NCBI GenBank assembly: GCA_025594325.1
Contig: JANHCV010000001.1
Span: 5,022,001 to 5,086,000, forward strand
Reading direction: 5' to 3'
Source: Blastocladiella emersonii ATCC 22665
Lineage: Eukaryota; Fungi; Blastocladiomycota
DNA: 64,000 nucleotides
The translations under genes were made by a program, and so were the position numbers. Of this stretch, positions 1 through 10,899 are shown one piece after another (the first letter of the stretch is position 1; every line of letters starts with the position of its first letter). The notes under the pieces were generated by a model. That model was given only the letters and a program-made list of their open reading frames with translations. It ran no database searches and was not told where the DNA came from.

Positions 1-15
1 CACTTTGCCGCCGCC

Positions 16-2595
16 ATGGCCCAGCACCAGCATCAACAGCACCAACAGCAGCAGCAGTCGCAGCAGCAGCAGCAGGGCGACGACCAGGCCTCGCAGGCCG
101 GCGCAGCGGCTGCCCAGGGTACCCCCGACCAGCCGCAGTCGCCGACGAGCTTCGCCGCTGCAGCTGCTGCTGCGGCCGCGGCCGGTGTCCCGCCGCACCT
201 CGCCATGCAGCACCACCTCTCGCCGCACGCGCACCTGCAGAACGCGCACGCCTCGGCCTTCCACGCCCAGCACCAGTTCGCCATGGCCGCGCAGGCGCAC
301 GCGCAGGCGCACGCGCAGGCACAGGGCGGCGCCCACCCGACCCCGCTCGGCATGCACCCCATGGCCGCCGCTGCTGCCGCCGCCGCAGCTGCGGGCCACC
401 ACCCGTACATGGCGTACCCGCACCACCCCGCGGCCTTCGGCCTGCCGCCGTTCCTGGACCCGGCCGCCGCCGGCATGCCCGGCCCGCCCAAGTCGGTCAT
501 CTTCGAGACCTTCTTCAACGCCATCGAGAAGATCGCCGTGTCGCGCAAGGTGCGCGGCTTCACCTACGACGACCGCGTCTACGCGCAAGAGTTTCTGCGG
601 AAAAAGGACCAGATGCGCCTCCTCTCCGACGCCGCCGAGGCCGCGTGCCTGCAGCAGCGCGACCTCATCAAGCTCGCCCTCGAGGGCGCCTTTGACGAGC
701 AGGCCAGCCAGCACGCCGCGCCCGACGGCACCCTGTTCGAGATTGCCCAGAAGCGCTTCACCCTCAGCCCGAATGTCGTGCTCGACTTTGGCGACTACAT
801 GGACCGGTGCCGCGAGCACCTCGCCAAGCTGCCCGAGGAGACCCCCGACGCCGTACACGAGACGCTCGGCCTGCGCACCCGCAAGGCCAAGGAGCTGTTC
901 GCCGAGACCCGCAAGCTGTACCAGCGCACCGCGCACCAGCTGTCCGAGATGATGCAGCAGCAGTACGAGGTGCGCAAGGACCTGATCGCCCGCACCTACG
1001 CCCCGCTGTGCGCGTTCCAGTGCGCCCACCACAAGTCGTGGGCCCCGCCGTACCAGCACATCCGCAACCTCGACGTGCACTTTGCGCAGCTGTGGAACCG
1101 CTTCGAGGCCCGCCTCGCCGCCGTCTTCACCCTGTGGCTCCAGGACATCAAGGTGCAGCAGAACCCCGACGAGATGGAGGAGCCGACGTCGACGCCCGCC
1201 GACCGCGCCGCCGCCATGGCCGAAAAGTCGTCGCAGCTGCACATGCTCGGGCTCGGGCTCACGGGCGTCGTCGGCGCCCTCGCCACCATGGACGGCCGCA
1301 CCGTCGGCCGCAAGGACTCGTTCACCCCGGCCGTCCTGTGCGCGCTGCGCGCGTCCTACTCGCAGGAGAAGTACCCGTCCGAGGACGAGAAGGAGCGCCT
1401 TGCGCGCGTCTGCCACCTCACCGTTGACCAGGTCAACGTCTGGTTCACCAACAAGCGGTCCCGCGACAAGCAGCGCGAGGAGCGCGAGCGGCTCGCCCGC
1501 GAGGCCGTCGAGAAGCAGCGCGCCAAGTCCGAGCAGCAGAACCAGGCCGAGCTCCAGCTCCGCGTCGGACCCGATTTCGCACACGCCGTCCAGGCTCAGG
1601 CCGACGTCCACGCCGCACAGTACGGCGCCGCCACGTTCGCCGCCGCCGCGGCTGCCGCAGCGGCTGCGTCCCAGCCGCCTACCGCCGAGAGCGACGCGGC
1701 CGCCGCCGCTGCGGCTGTTGCTGCCGCCGAGGCCGGGTACCCCGCAGGCCCGCCGCCGCACGTCGGGTTCCCCGGCTCGCCCACGTCCGCGGCAGCCGCC
1801 GCCGCCGCCGCCATGATGGGCCCGCCCGGCGGTATCCCGTTCCCCATGGGCATGATGCACATGCACATGGGCATGCCGCCCGCGTACGGCTTCCCCGGCT
1901 ACCCGCCCCCGCCCCCGCCGCCACCTCAGCAGCACCACCCGCACGTCCACCCGCACCCGCACACGCACCCGGCTGCGCCCAACGAGGAACCCATGCCCGC
2001 ATCCGCTGGCGGTGGCGACACGACGCCGCCGACGGGGACCGTCGACGGGCCCGAGTCGGCTGCCGCTGCCGCGGCCGCCGCCATCATGTCGTCGTCCGAA
2101 CCTCTTGCTGCGTCCTCGTCGGCGGCCGGTGTCCCGCCCCAGTTCGCCGGATACCACCCGCACCACCCGCACGCGCACGCACCGCCGCCGCCCCCGCCGC
2201 ACGGGTTCTACCCGTACATGTTCGGCGCACCCATGCCGCCGCCGCCCCAGCAGCAGCAGCACCCGCACCACGCGCAGGTCCCGGTCCCGGTCGCGGCGCA
2301 GCCTGGGATCGAGGCGCATGCGGCTGCCGCGGCGTCGTCGCCGTTCCCGCCGGCTTCCGCGGAGCAGCAGCAGCAGCAGGCCGAGCAGCAGGCCAACGGC
2401 GAGATCGCCGCCGCCGCGGGGACCGAGCAGCAGCAGCAGCCGGCGATCACTGAGGGCGAGGCTGTCGTCCCCGCGGGCACCGAGGACGAGTTCGGCCCGC
2501 CGGTCGGCATGGACACAGACGAGGCCGCGGCTCCGGCGCCGGCGCCGGCGACTGAGTTGGAGAAGATGTTTGCGACGGGCGAGGCGAGTGGGTAG
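16..2595 (+). CDS. Homeodomain transcription factor (60-aa non-TALE HD with PBX-like helices 2-3; N-terminal helical domain; poly-Q/A/P/H tracts)
   Basis: Intronless 859-aa ORF. HD at about 1300-1480: F8 (1321), L16, Y25-P26, WFTNKRSR (W48 at 1441). Confidence 0.85.
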   Translation: MAQHQHQQHQQQQQSQQQQQGDDQASQAGAAAAQGTPDQPQSPTSFAAAAAAAAAAGVPPHLAMQHHLSPHAHLQNAHASAFHAQHQFAMAAQAHAQAHAQAQGGAHPTPLGMHPMAAAAAAAAAAGHHPYMAYPHHPAAFGLPPFLDPAAAGMPGPPKSVIFETFFNAIEKIAVSRKVRGFTYDDRVYAQEFLRKKDQMRLLSDAAEAACLQQRDLIKLALEGAFDEQASQHAAPDGTLFEIAQKRFTLSPNVVLDFGDYMDRCREHLAKLPEETPDAVHETLGLRTRKAKELFAETRKLYQRTAHQLSEMMQQQYEVRKDLIARTYAPLCAFQCAHHKSWAPPYQHIRNLDVHFAQLWNRFEARLAAVFTLWLQDIKVQQNPDEMEEPTSTPADRAAAMAEKSSQLHMLGLGLTGVVGALATMDGRTVGRKDSFTPAVLCALRASYSQEKYPSEDEKERLARVCHLTVDQVNVWFTNKRSRDKQREERERLAREAVEKQRAKSEQQNQAELQLRVGPDFAHAVQAQADVHAAQYGAATFAAAAAAAAAASQPPTAESDAAAAAAAVAAAEAGYPAGPPPHVGFPGSPTSAAAAAAAAMMGPPGGIPFPMGMMHMHMGMPPAYGFPGYPPPPPPPPQQHHPHVHPHPHTHPAAPNEEPMPASAGGGDTTPPTGTVDGPESAAAAAAAAIMSSSEPLAASSSAAGVPPQFAGYHPHHPHAHAPPPPPPHGFYPYMFGAPMPPPPQQQQHPHHAQVPVPVAAQPGIEAHAAAAASSPFPPASAEQQQQQAEQQANGEIAAAAGTEQQQQPAITEGEAVVPAGTEDEFGPPVGMDTDEAAAPAPAPATELEKMFATGEASG

Positions 2596-3377
2596 TTGGT
2601 CGATCGGTAATACACAGTTTTGGTTGCAAACGGACAGGAATTGGTGGCAGGATGCGAGCGAGCTCGAAACGCATCGCGACAGGACGCGACGCGGCGCGAC
2701 TCGAAGCTAAGCTCAACGCGGCGCGACGGTCGCGACCACGCCCCTTCGTGATGGCCGACGTGATGCGAGCCGGATTGCGCGCTGATCTGGCCGCTTATCC
2801 AATAAAGTAGCAACACATCCGATCCACGAGAGTCGGCGGTCCTGAGCGACAATAAAGTAGCACCATATCCACACTCCATGGTGGGCGGAGGCCGTACCAC
2901 ATCCGCTGTCTTTACACGTCGCCATGATCGCTTGGCCGTGGTCCAAGGAGCCTGCGCCGCTGCCACAGACGCGGCTCGAACTCGGCACGGATAGGGGGGA
3001 GCGCGCGGTGGAACAAGCTAGGCATTGACGCAACAGTAGATGTCATTCGCTCTTGGGGTGAGAGAGCGAGGGGATGGCCGGGGATCAGGCCGGCAGACCG
3101 GTATTTGAGGGGCGGGAGCGGGCCCGCGAGCGCTCGCCGTTGCACCGAGTGTTGACTCGAGCCACGGGATACCCTCACGCCGCCTCACTGAGTCATGCGG
3201 TGGCGTCGGGATGATACTTGGTCACTGGGAGATGATGTCCGAGGTGGGAGAAACGCGTCTCGCTGAAACACGACGCGTCGTTCATCTCGATTTCTGGTGT
3301 GCGCGTCACTCAAACTGAAGTGCTCCAGGCGATTCAGATTATTTCTGATGTATTTAGAGCTACAGAGCTAAACTAGC

Positions 3378-5984
3378 CTACAGAACGAGGGCAAAGAGAA
3401 CCGGAACTGCCGAAAGTAATAGCGTCGTACAAACAGCAAGGAACCCGCTCGAACCGTCCACCAGCGCGCCGTGCCGCTGCGGCGGCGACGCGTTGGTCGA
3501 GTTGGTCGAGTTCCAGCCTTTGAAATCGGATGACGTTGGCAAAGTTGTTAAGTTTGCGGTCGTTGTAGTCGGCGTGGTCGAGTACGTGGTCGTGCTGGAC
3601 GACGTGGAGGAACTCGATGGCGGAGTAGACCAGCGATTGATCGGAGTCGGCGTGGGGGTCGGAGTCGGCGTGGAGGTTGGAGACAGCGTTGAAGTAGTCG
3701 TAGCCGTTGGAGTCGGAGTTGATGAGGGTGATGATGATGAGGGACTCGATGTGGAGGTCGATGTTGGGGGCGCCGCGGTGCCGCGAGTCGTGGTGCAGGA
3801 GCCGGCGAGGCAGTACCCAGTCACGCCCGACGCGTGCGGGCACGACGTGTAGTCGGGCGCGAATGCGACGAGCGACGACGTGATGCTGAGGTTGACGCAC
3901 TGTCCGCTGTCGTTCCGACAGAACAGTTTGCATGCGCTGTTTCCCACGCCCAAATCGCACGACGGCGAGTAGCCGTAACCGTAGCTCGAGCACACGCTGG
4001 CCCGCGACTGGCAGAAACCGCGGTTACACGTCCCGGTGGAAGAGTTGGTGGTCGAGTTGAGGAAGCACGACGCGCCGTTGGCGACCTTGCGAACCGTGCA
4101 CACGAACGAGTTTCCGGTACACGTATCCACCACGTCGCACTGCTGCTGTACCGCGTCCGTCGCGCGCTGGCGACAGATGGTGCCGGCGGCGGCAAACTGG
4201 CAGTTCCGGCAGCACTTGCCGTTCTTGTCGGCGCAAACGGCGCCCGTGCGAAGGCGGCAGCGCGCGGTACAGCAGGCGCTGCCGGTGAGCGGGTTGCCCG
4301 AGTCGCACTGCTCTCCGGGATCGACGATCCAGTTTCTACACAAGGGTCGTTGTTAGAGAGAGAGAGATCGGACGTGTCGATACGCAGCGTTGAGTGTACC
4401 CGCAGAGCGCCGGCACGTTGTCGAGACACCTCGTGTCCACGCTGGCGAGAAAGCTGGTGATGGCCGTGTCCGAGCAGCTCGAGAACTGGGTCGGGAGCGC
4501 ACCAGACGAAGTGCACGTCGACTCCTGCATGATAAAGCCATGCTCCGGGCAGTCGTCCTGCACCGAGTCATGTCCCGCACCAAAACTGTGGCCCATTTCG
4601 TGCGCCATCATGGTCCCCTGGTACGCGAGATCGACGACGCGCGGGGCATGGACCACGGCACACGAGTTGGCCGTGCACATGCCGCCGTAGTAGCCGTACC
4701 CCTCGAGGGTGTCCTGGCTGCCCATAACCGTGAGATTGCGGCCGCTGAGCAGGTGGCCGAGGTCGTTGGACGCGAGAAAGGAGCCGGCGTTGGCCGGATC
4801 CGAGGCCTGCGACTGCCGCCACTCGCAAAATTCGATGAGCAGCCTCCAGGCGTTGACGCCCGTTGTGCTCTCGGCAACCCACATGGGCGCGGTCGCCGTG
4901 TACTGGCCGGCGACGGTGATGATGATGCGGTACGGGTCGGCGATCAGGTTGGAGCGCAGGTACAGCGCGGCAGCGACGTAGACGATCTCGAGCGCCGAGA
5001 GTTACGTATCGTCGCCGAAGATCTGGTACCGCTGGTAGTCGTTGGCGATCATGAGCTCGACCCTCAGGTTGGCCGTAGATGCGATCTGGCGGCGGACGAG
5101 CTGCGTCATCTCGAGTGCCGACGAGTGGAAGGAGGTGCCGCCGATCAGGCTGAGCTCGGCCGGGTCGCGGTTCTGCAGCCGTTTACGACGCGGCGCCGAC
5201 GGCGGGAACCCGGGGTCCTTGTTCAGGCAGAAATGTTCCGAGTTCGAGTTGGGCGACGTTGCGGTCTCACGGAGCAGGACGTGGCGACGCGCGAGGCCAG
5301 TGGTTTTGGTCGTGTCCTGCTCGAGCGCGTGGATCGAGTAGCGGAACGTCGAGTTGATCTGGATCAGTCCGTGCTACTCGGTCGAAAGTCACTGTTAGCG
5401 TTTTTGGACTCGTGTGAGAGAAGGAACCCGCGAACGCACCAGCCCGACACACGCACTCACAGCGACGACTGAGCCCAGCTCGCCGAGAACGTGGCCATGG
5501 AAGAGGCAGTCGACACGCCCATTCGCTGCATCCTTGACTTCGCCCCCACTGTAGATGTGCTGGTATCCCGGGCTGATCAGCTCCTTGTTGCGCTACATTC
5601 CGTGCCGCGTCAGCAAGCGGCGTCGCCAGCTTCACAAGTAGGTCGAAAGTACCTTGAGCTGGATCGTCAATCCATCTGACCCGACGCCCGAGAGTTTCAC
5701 GAACGCGTGGTCGCGGTACGTGGAGGTGCCTTCGAGATCACGGCGCTGCAGCGTCGAAAGCGCGTGGCCCGTCGCTGGGTGGACCAGTGTTGCGTCCACG
5801 AGAACCTGCTCGACGGAACTCGGTAGCTCGAGTCCTACACCATTTTCCATCGGCTAGATGCTTGACGGCGGTACGGCGACGCATGACCTACCGCGCTTGG
5901 TGAGCACGGCGTGACCCTGGCCTTGCGTCGCGAGCACGACAAGCGGCAGGCCGAGACTTAACAGTCGAGTTGTATGATTTTCAT
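3378..5984 (-). pseudogene. ADAM/reprolysin metalloprotease (prodomain, M12B, disintegrin, Cys-rich, S/T stalk, hydrophobic C-terminus) with an in-frame TAA
   Basis: HEMGHSFGAGHD zinc motif (4567-4602) plus Met-turn (GFIM); CGNWIVDPGEQCD disintegrin start; prodomain CLFHGHV..SVVAVSACVGLHG; RRKR. Introns 5891-5835, 5652-5593, 5439-5374, 4399-4336. TAA at 5004-5002 is in frame. The family call is firm; pseudogene versus sequence error is unresolved. Confidence 0.6.
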
Positions 5985-6495
5985 GGCTTCTACGGTCTAT
6001 GCTTGGTGATCTCGGGGAGAGCGATCCGGGGACGGGTGTCTCCTTGACGCTTGGGGCTGGCAGCCGGTGTGGCGCGACGCGCCGAGACGCGCCGAGATGT
6101 CACGTGTGGTGTCTCCCGCAGTGTCTCGCACCGCGGCACGTGCGCGGGCACTTCCATCCCTTCCTTTCCTTGCTCAGCTCAGCCATGTGCTCGTTGAGGA
6201 GCATGGCGCGCGTCGCGCGAGCGTCGCGACCGATTGTGAAAGCAGCGACCGGGAACCCGACGGCTGTGGTGGCGCCACTCGCTGCTGAGCCACCCGTCTC
6301 CCAGGCTGACGTAAATGGCAAGCAGACGCGCGTAACGTCGTTACGTTGCAACGAGACGCTTACGGAAAACTCCTCGAACTCGACCACAAGCGGCGGCAAT
6401 TGCTACATAACCCGACCAGCGCCCGCACCATCCTCCTGCTGCAACACCAACTCCCCGAGTACCAGCACCCTTGCTACGAACCGCCTCGCACCACC

Positions 6496-7927
6496 ATGCC
6501 ATCGACAACCGCCTCGCCCAGCGCTCGCCCGATCCGCGTCGTCGTGTACGGCCCGCACGCCCTTGCCCTTACCCCTCGCGGCCACGATCCTTACACCCGT
6601 CCCCTCGCTTAGCCTCGGCGCCGGTCCCGGCGGCGTGCAGACCTACAACAACCTCGCCGCGCGCCTGACAGCGGCCAAGCTTCGCGCCGAGCTGGTGCTC
6701 GTGAACGACCGCGACTACTTCTACTCGCCGATCTCCGCGCCGCGCGCGCTCGCCGACGCCACGGACGCGACGCCGGCCGAGGCCCTCATGTTCCCGCTGC
6801 GCGCGCTCGTCGATGACGCGCCCGCCGCGCAGGCAGCGTACATTACGCGCCGCGTGCTCGTCGCGCGCGTGCAGGCCGTGACGTCGACCCGCGTCAGCGT
6901 GGTCCCCGCGCGCCCCGGCGCCGTGTTCCTCCCGCTGCTGTGGCATCCGGCGGCTCCGAGCGCCGAGTCTGGGTTCGTCGATGCGTGGACGGGGACCGAC
7001 CTCGGCGCGGATCTCAGCTTCGACTACCTCGTCGTCGCGCTCGGGTCCAAGTACCCGTTCCCCGGCCGCCCGCTGCCCGCGGCGACGGCGGACGAGACGG
7101 CGGCGGCGTACGCGGCGGTGCGCGGTAAGCTGGCCGCCGCCAAGGACGTGCTCGTCATCGGCGCAGGGATCGTCGGCGTCGAGTTCGCCGGCGAGGTCAA
7201 GACTGAGTTCCCCAAGGCCAACGTGACGCTCGTCGGCCCGTCGCTCCTCGCGGGCTCGCCCGCCGCGTTCACAACCCAGGTGCGCAAGATCCTCGCCAAT
7301 AAGGGCGTGACGCTGATCGAGCACGCGTCGGCCGACGCCGACGCGCTGCTCGCGGCCACGGGCGACGCGCAATTCCCGCTCACGCGCCCGCAGCTGTCGG
7401 TCCCGCTCGTCGCCGCCAAGGGCGCGTCGGCCCCGCCTTCCGTGTCGTCCGTGACCGCCGACCTCGTCCTGCTCGCGACGGGCGTCAAGCCCAACTCGGA
7501 GCCCCTCGCCGCGCTCCCGACGACCGACCGCGGGTACCTCAAGGTGACGCCGACGCTGCAGGTCGAGGGCCACGCGCACATCTTTGCCGCGGGCGATATC
7601 GCCGAGGGGTCCGCCAAGCTCGCGTACATTGCGGGCGAACACGCCAAGCTCGTGGCCAAGAACCTCGCCCGCGTGGCGGCGGCCAAGGCCGCGGGCAAGA
7701 ACGGTAAGAAGCCCCTGCGCGAGTGGAAGACGCCGCCGCCCGTGGCCATCGCCGCTGTCGGCCGCGACGCGGGCGCGGGGTTCCTGCCCGGCGTCGGCAC
7801 CGCGTTCGGGATCGGCGCGTCGCTCGCCAAGAAGCTCAAGGGCAAGGACGGCGGTGTCGCGCTCCCGGCCGCGTACGCGGGGACCTCGCTGCACCAGCGC
7901 GTGCAGGCAGTGGCGAGCAAGGCGTGA
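6496..7927 (+). CDS. AIF/AMID (AIFM2/FSP1-like) FAD-dependent pyridine nucleotide oxidoreductase
   Basis: After intron 6546-6612 reads RVVVLGAGPGG; second Rossmann motif GAGIVGVE; LATG; IFAAGD. Confidence 0.85.
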
Positions 7928-8010
7928 TCGTGTCGATGGTCGGGGCGTGTAATGAAAATTATAGAATATTTATTACGCAAGTTTCGCCAGTGTATTCTCC
8001 CCCTCATCGT

Positions 8011-10659
8011 TCACCGCCGCCCCTCGATATCCGAGTCCGAGTCAGACATGACGAGCACCGCGCCCGCGGCCGCCGACCCGCTCCCGCCTCCGCCACGGCT
8101 GCTTGTACTCGTCCGGCTGCTCAGGAGCCCGAGCTCGAGCTGATCCCCGCGCCGCGTGCTCCCGCCGCCAACCATCGACGGTCCCGGCGCGCTACCACCG
8201 CCGCCGGGAACGTGCAGGCCACCGGTATGCTCGAAGAGCACGTCGCGCCCGCCAAACTCCAGGTCCTCGTCAAGCCCGAGCCCAAAATCGTCGTCGTCGC
8301 TGTCCGAGTTGGTCGCCACGGCCATACGCTCACCACCGGGCTTGCCCGCGGGGCGGACACCGCGGCCGCGGCCACGGCCGAACCGCGACGGCGACGCGGC
8401 GGCGGCGCGCGCGAACATGCGCCGGAAGACGCCCGGGCGGCCGTACGTCAGCGAGGCGACCAGCGCGCACGCGAAGACGAGCGAGGCGGCGACGCCGGTT
8501 GCGCTACACGGTCCGGTCAGGTTAAGCGACAGTCGCGGCGTGGGGAGCAGAAAGGGGTAACGTACACGCCAGCGCCAAAGGTGGGGCCACCGCTCTTGCC
8601 CTGGGCCTGCTCCGCGGCAGGCGCGCCCGTCTCGGTCGTCGGCGTGGTCTCCTTGGGCAGCGCGGTCATGAGGGGCTCCACGCCGATCACGTCGCGGACG
8701 AGCGCCGCCATGCCCGCGGGCTGGTCGATGGGGACCATGTGGCTCGCGTTCTTGTACAGGACGTACGTGATATTGTCGCGGCGCTGGACCGTCGCGACGG
8801 GGGCCTCACCGGCGCCGGGCACGTAGACGGGTTTCGCGGCCGCGACGAGGTCGGCGGTCCACCCGAACCGCGAGCGCAGCATGGCCTCGGTGCCCTCGTG
8901 GTTGCAGATGAAATCCATGTCGCCGCTGTACAGGACGAGCGGGACGTGTCGCACGAGGTCGGGGAGCAGCTCGATGGCGGGCGTCGACACGTCGCCGCGC
9001 ATCGCGTTGAAGACAGGGCCCGCGCACTCGACCCACACGTTCGTGCTCGTGTTCGCGTGGATGTACTCCAGGTTGTCCTTATTCTACTCGTCCGTGCATG
9101 AGTTAGTCGGATTCTTCGCTCCTAAAGTGTGAACGGCGTACCCGCAGCATGTGGTACGTGCCGGGGAGCGCCGGCGGCCACGCGGCGCCGCACTGGTCGC
9201 CGGGGGCCTCGTCACGCAGGCGAATGTCGTAGACGTTGATGCAAAGGCTGTCGTGGTTGACCTTGGACTGCTCCATGACCTGCTCGCTGATTTTCTCGCA
9301 CACGGGCACGTGGATGTGCGCGCCGCGCCCGCCGAGCATGTCCTTGCACTGCGCCCACAGGAGCTCGGCGTTGTTCTACGGCGCTGGGTCAGCGTCACAC
9401 GCATGATGAGTTGTGATAAAGTGAACGTGCCAGGTACTCGCCCGAGAGAATGTTGTGGCGGACAGCGTAGTCGATGATGGCGCGGTACTGGCTGAGCGGG
9501 TCGATCCAGCCGTTCCCGATGACCATGCCGGCGAGCGACCACGGGATCCGCGTCGCGTCGGCGGTGATGGCCGGGGCCACCGAGTTGCGCTCGAGGATGG
9601 CCGAGGCAATGTACGGGATGTACGTGCCCGCGAACGACTCGCCGGCGAGGTAAAGCTGTTTGGGAACATGTCAGTTGGGTGGACGGGATGGGAAGAGAGG
9701 ACGGCGGCCGTACGTCGTTGCGCTGCAGGTCGGGGAACACGAGAAACAGGCGGTCGAGGAACCGGACGAACAGGCTCGCCATCTACACGACCGATCATCA
9801 GCGAGTGTTTGAGCAGTTGACGAGAGAGGGTGCACGAGCGGACCTCCATCTGCGAGTCGACGGACTTGCCGGCCCCGGCGAAGCTGAACCCGGCGCCGAC
9901 GGGCTGATCGACTGTACGAGCGGCGACGCGTCAGCAACTGGCCGAGGGCAACCCGGCGAGAACGCACCGTAGAGCACGTTGGCATGCTGGTGCCAGCTGT
10001 GCGGGTTGGCGGTCAGGTTGCCATGCGGGTCGACGAGTAGCGGGCCGTTCTCGAGCAGCATACCCTCGAGGCTACACGTGTGGGCGTCAGTCGCCGTGGC
10101 CGTTGACCGGCACTGGTTCGGCGTACCTCGAACTACATACACCAGACAATCGTTAGTTCACGCGACGTGTCCACCACGAATGCACGAATCGTACCATCCA
10201 GGCCCGCCATTGAGCCAGATGACCGTCTTGTCGCGCTTACCGCCGGCGCGGCGCGTCGACTCGGCGCGGACCAGCCAAAAGTACATGCTGGCCGAGTCGG
10301 GCGCGTCCGTGTCGTTGAGCGGGATCAGACTGCGGGGCGGCGGCGAGTCAGTCGGGCGTCGGGTCCGTACGACACGGATGCGCGTACCCGGCATACTGCT
10401 CGAGCTTGGCCACGGCGTCGGCCGGCGCGTTGGGCAGCGCGTGGATGTACAGCTCGGCGGCTGTCCCGGGAATCTGTCAGAGTCGTTCGTGACCGGATCG
10501 AGGACCGGGCGTACCGCTGGGCAGCCTTCCCGCGCTTGCCGAGGTCGCAGCGAGCGCCAGGGTCGCCAGCACGGCGAGGGCGGCGAGCAGGGCGCCGCCG
10601 CGTTGCGTGCGGCGTGGCCCGTGGTGCATGGCGGGTCGGCTTCGTTGCATCAGGTCCAT
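8011..10659 (-). CDS. KEX1: Kex1-like S10 serine carboxypeptidase with signal peptide, C-terminal TM helix and acidic tail
   Basis: Spliced reading gives [37 protein letters not shown] (catalytic Ser), GDMDFICN, ASHMVPIDQP, TM VATGVAASLVFACALVASL. Multi-intron; start at 10659 or 10629. Confidence 0.85.
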
Positions 10660-10899
10660 GAGCGGGGAGCGTGCATGTGCAAAAGAGTAGGGGGAGAATG
10701 GCTGGGCGTCGCGCGGCGAGGCGACCAGAGAGACGCGTCGTTCGTGGTGGCGCAAGCCGCTGCCGCGGCCGAACGACGCCCACCTCTCCGACGTGCCACA
10801 CACGAACAAGCAGGAGAAGGGGAGGCAAACAATGATACAGTCGACAAAAACTGGCGGTTACAAAAAAGAGGAAGGGCGAGAGAGAAGCAACTAAGACAC

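Noticed and set aside
40-75. CAG/GCC tracts throughout the window as repeat elements
   Set aside because: Coding poly-Q and poly-A low complexity, typical of this genome.
3205-3275. Possible box C/D snoRNA (ATGAT...CTGA)
   Set aside because: C box is non-canonical (ATGATGT/ATGATAC) and there is no terminal stem.
5002-5004. TAA reassignment (alternative genetic code)
   Set aside because: RPN9, MRPS8, RPL28 and the Cys-rich peptide end normally at TAA; no other in-frame stop was seen in the genes I traced.
5999-6495. N-terminal extension of the AIF-like ORF in the ORF track
   Set aside because: Read-through of promoter DNA and an intron; ATG 6496 plus intron 6546-6612 gives the proper Rossmann start.
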